64,000 nucleotides of DNA from Eledone cirrhosa. Its lineage: Eukaryota. The notes under the pieces were generated by a model that was not told the origin of the DNA, made no database searches, and saw only the letters and a program-made list of their open reading frames with translations. The translations under genes were made by a program, and so were the position numbers. The DNA is taken from contig OZ024746.1 in NCBI GenBank assembly GCA_964016885.1, positions 84,134,001 through 84,198,000 on the forward strand, written 5' to 3'. The number at the start of each line of letters is the position of its first letter. Position 1 is the stretch's first letter. Shown piece by piece: positions 1-13,330 of this stretch.

Positions 1-58
1 TGGACTGAATTAGCCGTCGAAACGGCTTGAGCTCAGCCGTCGGGGTCTTACTGGTTCA
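1..58. mobile_element. Right arm of the fold-back family, cut by the window edge
   Basis: TAGCCGTCGAAACGGCTTGAGCTCAGCCGTCGGGGTC followed by TA-rich repeats. Confidence 0.6.
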
Positions 59-63
59 TATAT

Positions 64-94
<31 letters not shown>

Positions 95-429
95 GTATAT
101 AGATATGTATTCATGTGTATAGATATGTATGTATATGTATATGTATAGAGGTATGTGTATAGATATGTATGTATATGTATGCATGTGTATAGATATGTAT
201 AACTCCGATATAAAACCTGCTGCTCAGTAGTTACCGATGATGTTGATCTTTTCTTCTTTTCGGGTTATAGCTACTGTCGCTCAGAGAGTGGGATTGGCTC
301 AGTGCACAGTCTTTCCTCACTTAAAAAAAAATATCTTCCCGCACAGGAATTGCACGATAGAATTAATTAATAATTATTAATAATGGTATATCGTGCAATG
401 GCCATACTCGATAACGAGGGGGGAGTTAT

Positions 430-1213
430 ATAATATATATAGATATGTATGTGTATGTTTATATATATATATGTATAGATATGTATGTAGATGTATGTAT
501 ATATATATATATATATGTGTGTGTGTATCAATATAAGTGTATATATGTGTATGTATAGATATGTATATATAAGTATATACATATATATATACATATCTAT
601 ACATATATATATATATACTTATATATACATATCTATGCATACATATATATATATATAAGTATATATATATGTATGTATAGATATGTATATATAAGTATAT
701 ATATATGTATGTATATATATGTATATATATATGTAAGTATATATATGTATATATATATGTATATATGTGTGTATATATAAGTCTATATATATATGTATAT
801 ATAAGTGTATATATATATGTATGTATAGATATGTATATATGTGTATATATATATATATGTATATATAAGTGTATATATATATGTATGTATGTATATATAA
901 GTGTATATATATGTATGTATAGATATGTATGTATAAGTATATATATGTATCTATATATATATATAAATATATATATATATAAATGTATATGTATATATAT
1001 ACGTGTATATATATATGTATATATAAGTATATACATATATGCATATATATGTGTAAATTTATGTATAGATATGTATATGTAAGTAAATACATATATGTAT
1101 ATATATATGTATAGATATGTATATATATATATGTATAGATATGTATATACATATATATATATAAATATATATATATAAATATATATACGTATATATGTAT
1201 ATTCATATATATG

Positions 1214-1248
<35 letters not shown>
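430..1248. repeat. Degenerate (TA)/(TATG) microsatellite field, representative of dozens of SSR tracts
   Basis: Seen directly. Others include (GGT/GTT)n 15240-15705, (ATG)n 27820-27998, (CTAC)n 35090-35460, (TAG)n 36255-36545, (ACT)n 44330-44457 and (CAT)n 61542-61665. Confidence 0.95.
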
Positions 1249-3597
1249 GCTAGTTTTATGGATGAGTGTATCAATTAATTTGAAATACATTTTGGGTATT
1301 CAAATATTCCGTATGAATTGCTTCATTATTTTAAGAATATATTTTTATTCCTTCTCTATTATTTGGATTTTGTTGTTATTTGGTTTGAGCTGGAGGAGAT
1401 TTTGATTTGGCACAATGGATAATTACTAATTTATCCATATATTAATGCTTTTGAAACGTAGAACCTCTTGAATACAGGAAAATAGCTGTGAACACAACTT
1501 ATGAAATTGGGTAAGATACCGCTACAAAGGGAAAAGGTGGCCAGCAGCCGCTACAGAGAATCTTTTATTTTGAAAGGAACCTACTTGTAAATTCTTTCTA
1601 CATCGTATTATCATTTCATTTTTTTTTTTTCAGTCTTTATTATTATAAATTAATTCTGAAATTCCATTGAAAGAATTTCCTGTTTTTTAAGGGAATATGA
1701 AAACCCCAAAACGAAAACCTCCATCTTTATTAATAAAATGAATAAAATGAATAAAGAATAGAAAAGAAAACTTTTTCTTTTCTTTATTGTATTATTAAAT
1801 TTGGGTGTGACTTGATTTTTATTGGTGGCTCTTTTTGTATTTATGTATTCTGAAGAATGCCCTGAATTATAATATATTCCTGACAAGTGTCCACCCTGTC
1901 TTTTTTCACTTTGATATCACATGGCTCCTTTCATTCATTATTGAATCATACGGTCACTGTGGTGATTAATACGGTGTGTCTGAGCATGAAAACCTGGTAG
2001 AGCCAATCCTTCTGAAGGTTTGAACACAGCCGATTTCTTCCAGAGGAGAATTGAATCCAGCACTGGTACTTTTTTTTTATGAACTTCAACAGGATAAAAG
2101 GCAAAGTTGACCTCGTTGGGATCTGAGCCCAGAGCACAGAAAGTGGGAACAAATACCGTAAAGCATTCTAACAACTCTGCCAATTCGCCGTCTATCTTTT
2201 CCTGTATTATATATTTTACATCTGGGGTTTGTAATTTATTAGCACAGCTTGTCAATTAAGTTCACCCTTTACTCTATAAATCTATGAGGACAGATCTATA
2301 AGGAGAGTGAGTATTCCGGTTGAAAGTTCTCAGTTCCATAGTGTTGTAATCTAGGCTGCTATGTGATAATGATAGAAATCAATACTTGTGGATGAAGGAA
2401 TAACTGAGTTTTTAAGGAGTTCGCTCCCCAATCATGAGGGCCTGGATTCGATCCCACAGCATGATAGCTTGGATATCTTTAACCAAATCATTGGGTTGTC
2501 TGCGAAATTGGGTAGACAGAAACAACTACAACTCATTTTTCAAATAAAGAGTCTTGCTCAAGGAGATAATGCACAACAAGGAATTGAATTTATGGCTTAC
2601 GATCGTGATCTGACTTGTTGTGTTCCAGAGAAAGATACTCTATTTCTCATTGTTCCAATTCATTCAACCGGGGAAAATGAGTTGCCATGACAGTGTGGCC
2701 AAGCGTAACCAGCCTTTACCTTTTCCTTGGTCATTAGATAAGTTATACCTGCAATTCAAAGACCTAACCATGTCACATATTTTGTAAAGTTGATACTGAT
2801 AGGGAATTAAGAGTACATTTGTCTGTAGAATATTCAGACACGTAGGCATTAATATATACGAGTCGAGAGTTCAGTTGATCGGTTAACTACCAGTAATATA
2901 TATATAATATTTTAGTCAACTAAACATTTACTTTAAAAACATATTTGGATAAAAGACCTTGAGCAAGTTTATTAATATCTGATATATGGAATGGGAAGGA
3001 ATGGACCTCCATAGATTCCAATGATGTGTGTTCCAGTATACTATTATTGTAATATATAAAAGGAAAAAAATTACTATTAAATCAATCACACACACACATG
3101 TACACCAGTTATTCGATCAATGGAACGGTTTGCTGATAACTGATGTGTTTGGAGTATACAATATTCATAGTTTTTTTATGTGTAAAAAAAAGAACAAATT
3201 ACAGTTAGTCACATAGCTGTACCGCTGTACAAAATTCCAATTACTCGAGTGTAAAACTGCAGCTGTCACACATATCACACACATATAGAAACTCACTCTT
3301 ATCAACCAAAATAATACACCACGTATGTTTATATATTAATATATCACCATCAGTAACTTTTTAGAATCTACGCAAACACATACACATGTATATAATGCAT
3401 TTCCTATATCAGTGGACTGGTGCAGTGTGAAATAAAGTATCTTTCTGAAGGACACAACTTAAGCCTGTAGCGGATAAGTGGTATTCTTTGTATGGTAGTT
3501 TGATGAAAAGTATGCCATGATTGAGTTGTTAACAACATTTATTTATTAATAACAATATTCCCTTTGCACATCGAGTAATATTATTTATGACATGAAA

Positions 3598-3785
3598 GGG
3601 CGGTGGATTGGCAGTATCGGTAGAGAGTCGGACGCCATGCTTTCCAGCATAGTTACGTCCCTTTACGATCTGAGTTCAAATCCTGCCGAGGTTGACTTTG
3701 CCTTTCATCCTTACGGAGTCGATAAAATAAAGTACCAGTAATGCACTGGGTAATTGCTGGCCTTGTGTCTAAAGTAGAAACAATT
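3598..3785 (+). mobile_element. tRNA-derived SINE, dominant family (about 20 copies in the window)
   Basis: A box TGGCAGTATCGG, B box GAGTTCAAATCC, central GACTTTGCCTTTCATCCTTACGGGGTCGATAAAATAAAGTACCAG, tail GGCCTTGTGCCTAAAGTAGAAAC. Other copies near 2060(-), 4650(-), 6065(-), 19935(-), 23385(-), 27410, 32208, 34805, 36008(-), 37615, 49803(-), 54580, 56195, 56395, 57936, 58915, 62476, 63737. Confidence 0.9.
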
Positions 3786-3960
3786 ATTTATGACCTGAAA
3801 TATCCATACATTAAATTGTTAGCTGCTACGAGCTAATGTGAATGCATGTATCAGAGAAGACGATGATGTAAAAGTTGTGTTGTGTCTAGCAGATACAATA
3901 TGACAGGAAGAATAGGATGAACGTAAAATGTAAACAATATGAACTTACTATGTGTGTGTG

Positions 3961-4294
3961 TGTACCTACTCTTAGAATATGTTATTCTTCTCAAGGATAC
4001 TACTTCATGTCTGGCTGGTCGGTAAGGTAGAAGCCAGTAAGGGCCAGGAGAAAGATAGAGGGAAAGGTCTGCATCACTATTGCTCGCTGACTGCTGCTTC
4101 GAGTCTGTCCTTTGGGTTCTTTAACTCCTTGTATTTATAATAAGTGCTAAAGTTGGAAGGATGGATATATGAGGTTAATTTATTATCAGCCATGTGGTGT
4201 TATTGTCTCCCCAACGATAGATAGTCCCAGAGGCGAGAAAGCTCAGATTCGGTTTCGAATCTTCGCCGGTAAAACGTAGGAGTATTCCGTTATA
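3961..4294 (-). mobile_element. Probable solo LTR (related copy at about 41317-41540, +)
   Basis: Termini TGTACCTACTC...GAGTATTCCGTTATA. TATAAATA on the minus strand. About 70 bp shared with 41320-41392, which begins TGTACCGGAATACTC. Confidence 0.6.
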
Positions 4295-5647
4295 AGCTCT
4301 TAATCGCAAGGTAGTGAGTTCAATTACAAGTGGTGTATTATGTTCTTGAGCAAGACAATATTTCATGTTTCTCCAGTAAACTCAGCTGGCATAAATGAGT
4401 TGTATTTGTAATTCAAAAGGCCAGTCTTGTTACATATTGTGTCAGGCTGAATTTCTCAGACGGGTTTTAAGTGTTTACCTGTCAGCAGAATACTCAATCA
4501 CTTGCACATTAATTTCACGAGCAGGCTATTACGAACAATAGGAACACTCGTCATTGCAACCAACAGATGTCCACACTAACCTATTTAATGCAGAAAGCAT
4601 TTATAACCCTAACTAAAAATGATTGTGCGGTGGGATCTGATCAGTTCATAATTGTTTCTACTTTAGGCACAAGGCCAGCAATTACCCAGTACATTACTGG
4701 TACTTTATTTTATCGACCACGTAAGGATGAAAGGCAAAGTTAACCTCGGCGGGATTTGAACTCAGACTGTAAAGGGACGTAATTATGCTGGAAAGCATGG
4801 TGTCACGATCGAAACATGTTTCAAATTATCACCCGTACTTGCCGAAAAAATTTAGAAATAATATTAGTCAATGATTGATATTGTTTTCTTCACCGCATAA
4901 TTATTTCTGATATTCAATTCTCCTGTCATTAAAACTTTCTAAACAGTAACTGAACTACTGTTTTTCATAAGTTATTTATATTGATAGTTATCAACAGCTA
5001 AGCTCAAGGCTAGTAGAATGACTGCTAATCGATTTTTAAAATTGGTACAGATGTTGAAGAATGCTTCACGATTTAATCAGCAAAACGAGTGTCAAATTCG
5101 TATAAAAATTAATTTCCTGACTTAATACAAAAACAGAAGTGTTTTTTAAAAAGCCAAGGAAAGATTTTAGAAAAGATATGATAAAAAAAGTATGTTAACA
5201 AGATACGCACGTCACAAACTCATATTTCCTACTTCTATAAAACGAAGAAGTACTATGTAAATTGAAAATCACCAGTGGCAACACAGTGTTGGTAAGTATG
5301 CAGGATATGTGACAAACTCCTTGCCAACTGAAGTTTTTAGTCAGTTTCGATTACTATTCGAGCTAAACGCATCACGGTGGTACGTTCTCAGCAGAATCTT
5401 GTATACACTTTTACATATGCACACGAATGTATACACACTATTAGATGGCCGTTGGCTCCCACGAGTTTCTTCGCCATTTGATGGGGCTCTGTTTTTCATC
5501 CTGCGCGGGCGGAGACCCCAAATCACTCCACACTCCTCATTAAGTAGGCTTGGACAGGTTGCCGGTTTAGTCACCGAGGACTCGACCGTGCAACAGGTTG
5601 TGCAGGGCCGCATGATACCAGTAGCATTAACAAGCGACCTAGCCAAA

Positions 5648-5704
<57 letters not shown>

Positions 5705-6679
5705 CGTCTATTTGTATGGTATCTTACTATGCAGCATTGCACTGATGGGTTTTCATTGATTTGTAATATCTATGTTATGAATGAGGCTTGTGACAAATAA
5801 AAAAAAACAATAATAGTATTGATATTTTGTTTTATTTGTTTCTGCTGCCTTATATTTATCTCTTTTCCTTCTTTTCCTTATTTTAAGACTAAAAATGCTG
5901 TTCTGTTCTGGAAGAGCAACTTAAAATATAACATGATTTATTAACACAAAATGTTTCACTATTTAAACTTTTTGTATTTACCCTTTACCGATGATTCTAC
6001 TATTTAACTTGTATACGATTTATTAAAGCTACTACCCCCAACAGCTTGAAAATAATCACTTTTAATTATGGCACAAGGCCAGTCATTTGAGTGATGAAGA
6101 AACTCGATTACATCCAACCCCAGTTCTTAACTGGTACTTGATTTTATTGATCTTGGAATGATGATCGGCAAAGTTGACCTTGCTGGGATTTGATTTCAAA
6201 ACGCAGAGAATTGCAATTAAACACCGCAAATCATTTTGTCCGATGCTCCACCTATAATGACAACTCGCCGCCCTTACAGCTTGCAAATAATATCGTGTTT
6301 CTGGCTAAATAGGAAAAAAAATATTTCATTTTGTTTCTAAGAGAAATATTACCAAAATATTCACTTCCATTCAATATTTGTATATTAGTCATTGATATAG
6401 TTCAATGACTGATCGGCACACGTACATGTATGTTCGGTTATATCTTGGTCATTCTGAGCAAAGTGGAATCAATATTTCCAGAACTCCTAGTCTCCTTTGA
6501 TCCAAAAATAACTAATCATTATCATTGATCGGAGTTTATTAACATGTATGTACATTTGTATGTCTTTATATGTATATAAGTATGTATGTAGTATATATTT
6601 GACTGTATGTCTATCTCTCAATGCTTCTGTTCCCCCTCTCTATACTACCCAAATTGCCATCTAACAAATAGTATATTTG

Positions 6680-7020
6680 TTGGGTTACATAAAAATATAC
6701 TGGCACTCCGTCGGTCACGACGACGAGTGTTCCAATTGATCCGATAAACGGAACAGTCTGCTCTCGTGAAATTAACGTGCAAGTGGCTGAGCATTCCACA
6801 GACACGTGTACCCTTAACGTAGTTCTTTGGGAGATTCAGCGTGACATCGAACGTGACAAGGCGCATTTTTGTCACCAAACTGATTTTTGCCATCTGAGTG
6901 GACTGGAGCAACGTGAAATAAAATGTCTTGACCAAGGACATAACGCGTCGCCGGAAATCGAACCCACGACCTTACGGTTGTGAGCCGAATACCTTAACCA
7001 CAAAGCCGCGTGTCTTCACA
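6680..7020 (-). mobile_element. Second tRNA-derived SINE family (CORE-like)
   Basis: Minus strand: tRNA-like head (GTGGTTAAGG...GGTTCGATT) then TGTCCTTGGTCAAGACATTTTATTTCACGTTGCTCCAGTCCACTCAG. Decayed copies at about 4295-4575 and 61220-61460. Confidence 0.8.
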
Positions 7021-7055
7021 CATAAAAGTATATATATATATATAATATATATAAT

Positions 7056-7098
<43 letters not shown>

Positions 7099-7116
7099 TA
7101 TATATATAATATATAT

Positions 7117-7149
<33 letters not shown>

Positions 7150-7175
7150 ATATATATAATATATATATATATATA

Positions 7176-7282
<107 letters not shown>

Positions 7283-7420
7283 TCTATGTCTTACTTATAT
7301 TGATGTGATTATTTTAAATATTTACGGTCTAGCTAATTTACTGTAGTATTGTTATTATTGTTCTGATTTAATGCCACTACTATATATAGAAGCCATGCCT
7401 GTGTATTCCCTTCATTCTCG

Positions 7421-7535
7421 CACGCTCTGATGAATTGACTGGTTATAACAAAGTATTGGTGATCGATTGACGCAAAAACAGGCGGGTACCGATCTCTAGA
7501 CCTACCAGTTCAGAGAAACAATTGTCAGAAATGTG
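7421..7535 (+). ncRNA. Hammerhead-like motif with a long structured insertion in stem II
   Basis: CTGATGA (7427)...ACTGGT[~60 nt]ACCAGT...GAAACAATTGTC (7515-7526), then AATAAA. Stem I is weak. Confidence 0.55.
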
Positions 7536-7887
7536 AATAAAGCCCTTATTGTATAGCAAACCATGTCACTCTTCTTTCTTGATTTATCATTACTCCAAGT
7601 GTAAACAACATAGAAATCACCGCGTACTCGCAGCATCACTATTGAAACGTCTTGAGTCAAACTTAGCCAAGCGTTAATACTATCCACTACTCGGAGTACC
7701 CTAACTGGACTACATCTAAGTGGACTACCTATAACAATAATTTGTTATTCCGTATATATATATATATATATATAAATATATGCGTATATATATATACATA
7801 GAGAAAAAAGGACAGAGACAGACAGATTTGGATGGAAGGAAAAATAGAAATGGATAGAAGGTTAGATATATAGTTATATCCCTTTAT

Positions 7888-7924
<37 letters not shown>

Positions 7925-8120
7925 CATATGTATATATATATATATATGGAAAAGAATGAAATGAAATTTCATTTCTCACTCTTAGTACGGCTGATACTTA
8001 AATATAAGTATGTATACGTACATACATGCACCAATACGTACATATATATATGTGTGGGCATGTATATATATATACATACTACTGTACGTCTGTATACATA
8101 TATGTATGTACGTATACATA

Positions 8121-8164
<44 letters not shown>

Positions 8165-8169
<5 letters not shown>

Positions 8170-10215
8170 CGAGGAAACTGGGTTGTATGAATGTAACAAG
8201 GAATACATTGTTTGTGTGTATAATATTTAATTACCAATGGTAGATAGTATACTTGACATGTCAAAGATAGATGTTAGAATGAAATAAAGTTAGTAGTTAC
8301 CGTTTTGATAGCCAGGCAAACGCGGCTGGCAGAGGACGCCTGTTGGCCAAATTAATGGCAGAGCCAAATGAGAGGCTCTTGACCTGGTGCCGAAAAGGCA
8401 AAGAGAGTTAGAAAGCTTAAAGTTGTTAGTTTTATAGGGCTCTGACCGGAAGTTGCAGAAAGGGTTCTACTTCCCAATCAAAACAAGGGAGACAACCGCT
8501 ACATAACCTCCCGCCAGAATTTTAGTGTATAAAAATCGAAATGAAAATATGTAGCAAGTTGGCGAGAATGTTGTAACAGGCATGAAAATTACGACAAAAG
8601 AATGTTTGGAAAAATCAATGATAGATATCAAGGTAGTCAACCGCTCTTGGCCAGAGAACGACTGGACATCCATCTATCCATCACCCAAAGATACAATGTA
8701 ATAAAGTAAAAGTAATAGAAGAGCTCAAAGTTCAAATGTACAAAATATAGTTCACAGGTGTGCAATCACATGACAGCAGGAAAGAAAGTGTGTTCCAGAG
8801 AATGAATGCAGGTGGTCTCTGTGCTGTGGTATATCGTGAAATTTCCAACCTCCGAATGGATTTTCTCACAGGGAGAGTGCTGCAAAAATAAATTCTCTGG
8901 CGTTCTGCTGGTTGTTGGTGAAGCTGTGTTGATGTATTGCTGCTGCTGCTGTTGTCTCGCTGAGTGGGCGTATTCGGTGTTTAAATTCACAGTAAAAAAA
9001 AAAAATCTTTTTTTTTTTTTAGAAAAAATGAGTTGCGCAAAGTGCTAGAAATAGCAGCCGAAGTTGATGGTCGATGTTGAGAATGCGTTGACCTGGAAGG
9101 GTCAAGAGGCCAGCGACCAGAGAAATAAGCATTCTTAATAAATGCGCGGTTATCAACGGTAAATTTACATTGTAAATTTATAAACCGGCAAATAGAAGAA
9201 TATAGCTTAAGGCTGAAGAATCCCTGGTGAGAAATGTTATCTCTGGCGTGCGGCTGTCTGTGAGTAGAGACATCTCTGTGAATCGAGAATTTGTGCTGCC
9301 TACACGTGCCAATACAAGGTTGAAAAAAATAATATTTCTAACGCGCGAGAAAATGATAGTGCAATTTTGAAAGTGACAATGATGAAAAAGAAAGGCTTCA
9401 CTCAGCATAATTATTGGTGTGAACTTTGGGAAAAAAAAAAAAAAAAAAAACTTGAACGATGAAGAAAACGATGAACAAAAAGGCAATGGTTCATCGAAAA
9501 TAAATGTTCCTGTTGAAATGTTTTTTTAAAGAATATCAAATTTCTTATTTTTTTTTTTGTGTGTGTTTTGAAAGAGTTCGTTGTAAGAAACGAGAAACAT
9601 GTATATATATCGTGAAATGCGACAGTTAGTTGATGCGTGAGAGAAAAAAGTCTGTCTGAACGCGAATTCCACATGTGCGTGTGTGCGTTTGTTTCTTTTA
9701 CTGAGTATTTTCATAGTTTGTCGATAAATTTACTGTGTATTCGTAATGTTACTCACACGAAACCAGATGTGCTATTTTTTTCTTTTTTTGGGGTGACCAC
9801 TTATAGCGATGAACGGCTGCGTGTTCGTATCACATCAGGGTTACCAATATAGCGAGGTTACTGGGTTGTATGAATGTAACAAGGAATACATTGTTTGTGT
9901 GTATAATATTTAATTAACAATGGTAGATAGTATACTTGACATGTCAAAGATAGATGTTAGAATGAAACAAAGTTAGTAGTTACCGTTTTGATTGCCAGGC
10001 AAACGCGGCTGGCAGAGGACGCCTGGCTAAGGCCAGGCGCCTGTTGGCCAAATTAATGGCAGAGCCAAATGAGAGGCTCTTGACCTGGTGCCGAAAAGGC
10101 AAAGAGAGTTAGAAAGCTTAAAGTTGTTAGTTTTATAGGGCTCTGACCGGAAGTTGCAGAAAGGGTTCTACTTCCCGTCTAGATCCCAATCAAAACAAGG
10201 GAGACAACCGCTACA
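8165..10215 (-). mobile_element. Non-autonomous or internally deleted Gypsy-type LTR retrotransposon (tRNA-Trp PBS, CsRn1-clade-like)
   Basis: Near-identical direct repeats at 8165-8503 and 9848-10215. PBS TGGTAACCCTGATGTGAT on the minus strand next to the right LTR. Purine tract GGCGGGAGGTTA (minus) next to the left LTR. Decayed gag-like start MSLLTDSRTPEITFL near 9273. TATA flanks are consistent with a 4-bp TSD. No pol in the 1.35-kb interior. Confidence 0.88.
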
Positions 10216-10441
10216 TATATAGTAATAATAATAAATTTGAAAACTAAAATCCAAAGAGGGCTCGATAAGGATAAATATATATCAAATATATAAGAACCGT
10301 AGAGCAAATATTTATTAAATATATATATATATACACGTATATATATTCTTTGCTTAAACTTTAATCTGTTATTTTAATAAATATATATATATATATAAAT
10401 CTTAACCATTTAACATCTCAGGGTATGTCATGTATCATTAT

Positions 10442-10494
10442 ATTTTGTCTGATGAGGACGTACTGTTGTATATCCGAAATATGTATAATAAAAT
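10442..10494 (+). ncRNA. Minimal type-I hammerhead ribozyme
   Basis: ATTTTGT-CTGATGA-GGACGTAC(tgtt)GTATATCC-GAAA-TATGTA-TA-ATAAAAT, within a ~240-bp insert between (TA)n tracts. Confidence 0.8.
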
Positions 10495-10634
10495 GTAATT
10501 GATCAAAAGAACATCTATTTGATTAATATTTATATTTTAATATTAATAACCCCGGAAAATTATTTTTTCGTAGAGTGCTTCCAATCTACTGTAAAACTCA
10601 TTCTTTGAGATACTCATCGAATATTGTTTAACAC

Positions 10635-10712
<78 letters not shown>

Positions 10713-11558
10713 TAATAAATGAACGGAGAACAAAAAACAAAGAGGCAGTACAAATGATATGGTTTTTTTTCACGCTTGAGAGTGGGAGGTGGATATATAT
10801 ATAATGAAAAGATATAAAGTTTAGGAAATTAAAGAAAACGAATTCAATTCTATACAAGTAGGTGTTTTCAAGATGCACTTAGTGTTTGTTTATATATAGA
10901 TGCACATTTCCAGTTGACAACAGGACACAATGAAAATAAATTAATTCATACAAAATAAATGATAGTTTTATTTACAAGAAGGGGGGGGGGGGGGGGGGGC
11001 TTGCAAAATGTATCTTGGCTATTTAAATCGTTTTTGTACTGACTGGTTTTAACTATGAATAGCTTTTCAAAGTTTCATTTTCAATCTTAGACTTGTGATG
11101 CGGTAGTGTAGAGTCGCGTGAGTGCGGTTATTCACTCGGAGTATTATTTATCCGGTTTTGCTCATTTTGAATATCAATTTTGCAGACCTCAAACAGAAAG
11201 AATTCTTATTATATACATGTGTATTAATGTGTATACACATTCACACACACAAATAAATATATATTGCCAATTACATTGGCGTATTATATGTTTTATTTAC
11301 ACTGCTTAAACGTTGCCTTAGTGTTACCGGTTCCCTTTCGTTACGAAACATATTTTTCTTCGACAGCGTGGCTACATATATGTTTCTTGTATATAAACAT
11401 ATTATATATATATATAGTAGAAGTGTGTAGCAGTGAATCGAGAAGTTTAAAAATGACCGGACCAGCGTGAAGCACGATGAGAAAGAGTAGGGCGCCGATT
11501 AAGCTCCACCATTGACGTGAACATTCAACAAGCTCGAGAAATGTTTCGTGTATATATA

Positions 11559-11623
<65 letters not shown>

Positions 11624-11703
11624 GAAACATTTATATATATATAACATATACATATATTTATATATAATATATATATACATATTTATATATATATTTATAT
11701 ATA

Positions 11704-11784
<81 letters not shown>

Positions 11785-12484
11785 CTGCTTTGCGGATTTG
11801 AGATAGATAGACATGTACGTGTGTATGTATGTATGTATGTAGATATTTATATATGTACGTATGTATGTATGCAGGTAGGTAGGTAAGATGTAGATAGATA
11901 AGAAGCAGCTTCATACGCTCACAAACATATGTTTAGACAAATATTTCTGCACACTTACAGAAAAGGGAAGTCTATGGCTTATGGAAAAGATAGAAAGTTT
12001 ATAAGAGTGAGAGGTTTATGAGAGGTTTATGAGAGTGGTGGGGGTAAAAAAAGAGGGAAATATAGATAAGGCTAAGATAGTGAGAGAGGGAGAGAGAAAG
12101 AGATAAATACGAATATGAAAACATACACACGTTATAATGCATTTTTGGTACATGGATACATACATACATGCATATGTACATACACACACAAACATACATA
12201 CGCACACATACACATACGCTCATTCATTCTCACACGCTGAGGCATACACAGACCAAGAGTTATGTTAGTGTTAACATAATTATGTTAGTATTAACATAAT
12301 TATGTTAGTGTTAACATAATTAATGCCCGAAGCATTATATAAGTATCTAGTTATAATTATGCTGTAATTAAATAACAATATGTGTGTGTGAGGAGTGCTT
12401 CTCAGCACTACTGGTAACATGTAAGCTATTACAACCTGTTGCATGTTCGGGTTTTCGACTAAATGGCAACGGCACAAAACCTAC

Positions 12485-12565
12485 CTGATGAAGGAGGCGA
12501 ATTTTGGACACCTTGCTTGAGCGGAAACAGCAGCAAGTCCTGGTCAATTGGAAAAGAGAGTTCAT
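12485..12565 (-). CDS. Candidate first coding exon (transit-peptide-like)
   Basis: TTTTTTTAG acceptor at 12576, ATG, MNSLFQLTRTCCCFRSSKVSKIRLLHQ (basic, no acidic residues), CAG|GTAGGT donor. Confidence 0.2.
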
Positions 12566-12755
12566 TGTGAAGCTTCTAAAAAAATGTAAGCCTGGGTGAC
12601 TACAACAACTGAAGAAGAATTACATTGCTCTCCCCTCCCTCCCGCCTACCAGAAAAATTTTTCTGCACTGTGTTATTGAACCCTTCATTGTCCATTGAAA
12701 TGCTGAGTTATCGCATCCTACTACGCTTCTCTTCTATAAACTCCTGAGGTAGTGT

Positions 12756-13330
12756 TGTAGCGAAATTTCTCCACACATTCTGACCCCCAAACGACTCGGG
12801 GGAGCTGTTTTTACTTTATCTCGAATTGGCGTCTGTTGTTTGGAGAAATTGGCCAACTTGGGGTTAAATGAGATAAGATTTTCTTAAAGAGGTTCCACCC
12901 TGTTTTCTCGAAAGAGAAGGGCATCACTTCGAGTTGTTCAAGCAGTAGAGAGATGTAACACTTAGTCAAACACTCCAACCCTATCGACAGGGCTGTGCTA
13001 CTTCGATAAAGGTTAATTCAATGCATCTGGTCAGACTACGCAAATCACACGCAATCTAATATAACACACAATTCACTTGGTTCTTTGTTGTTTTCCGATT
13101 TTACCAAGAATAGCTTCGGCGTAAGCTATTTTCTTAATAAAAATTCTATAAATAGCGATCATGTTTTATTTGTTCATTCAACGGCACTTCACTCAGCGCT
13201 TAATATAGGACACTTTTTACCTCATGCATTATCCCCCAGCAAGACAACAACAATCACTACTACAAACTCAAAGGAACAACAACAAACTCAAACCAATTCT
13301 TTCTATCCCTACAATTAAAAAATCGCTACA
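12756..13330. mobile_element. Solo LTR
   Basis: TGTAGCGA...TCGCTACA terminal inverted repeats with a 4-bp TSD GTGT (12752-12755 and 13331-13334). Internal TATAAATA and AATAAA. Confidence 0.85.

Noticed and set aside
1938-2690. 105-aa and 100-aa ORFs
   Set aside because: They overlap decayed SINE copies and have no protein motifs.
3598-3690. tRNA genes at SINE heads and at 9815-9846
   Set aside because: SINE heads lack a full cloverleaf and run into SINE bodies; 9815-9846 is an LTR primer-binding site.
12485-12545. CTGATGA...GAAAC...GTC hammerhead-like string
   Set aside because: Stems I and II do not pair convincingly.
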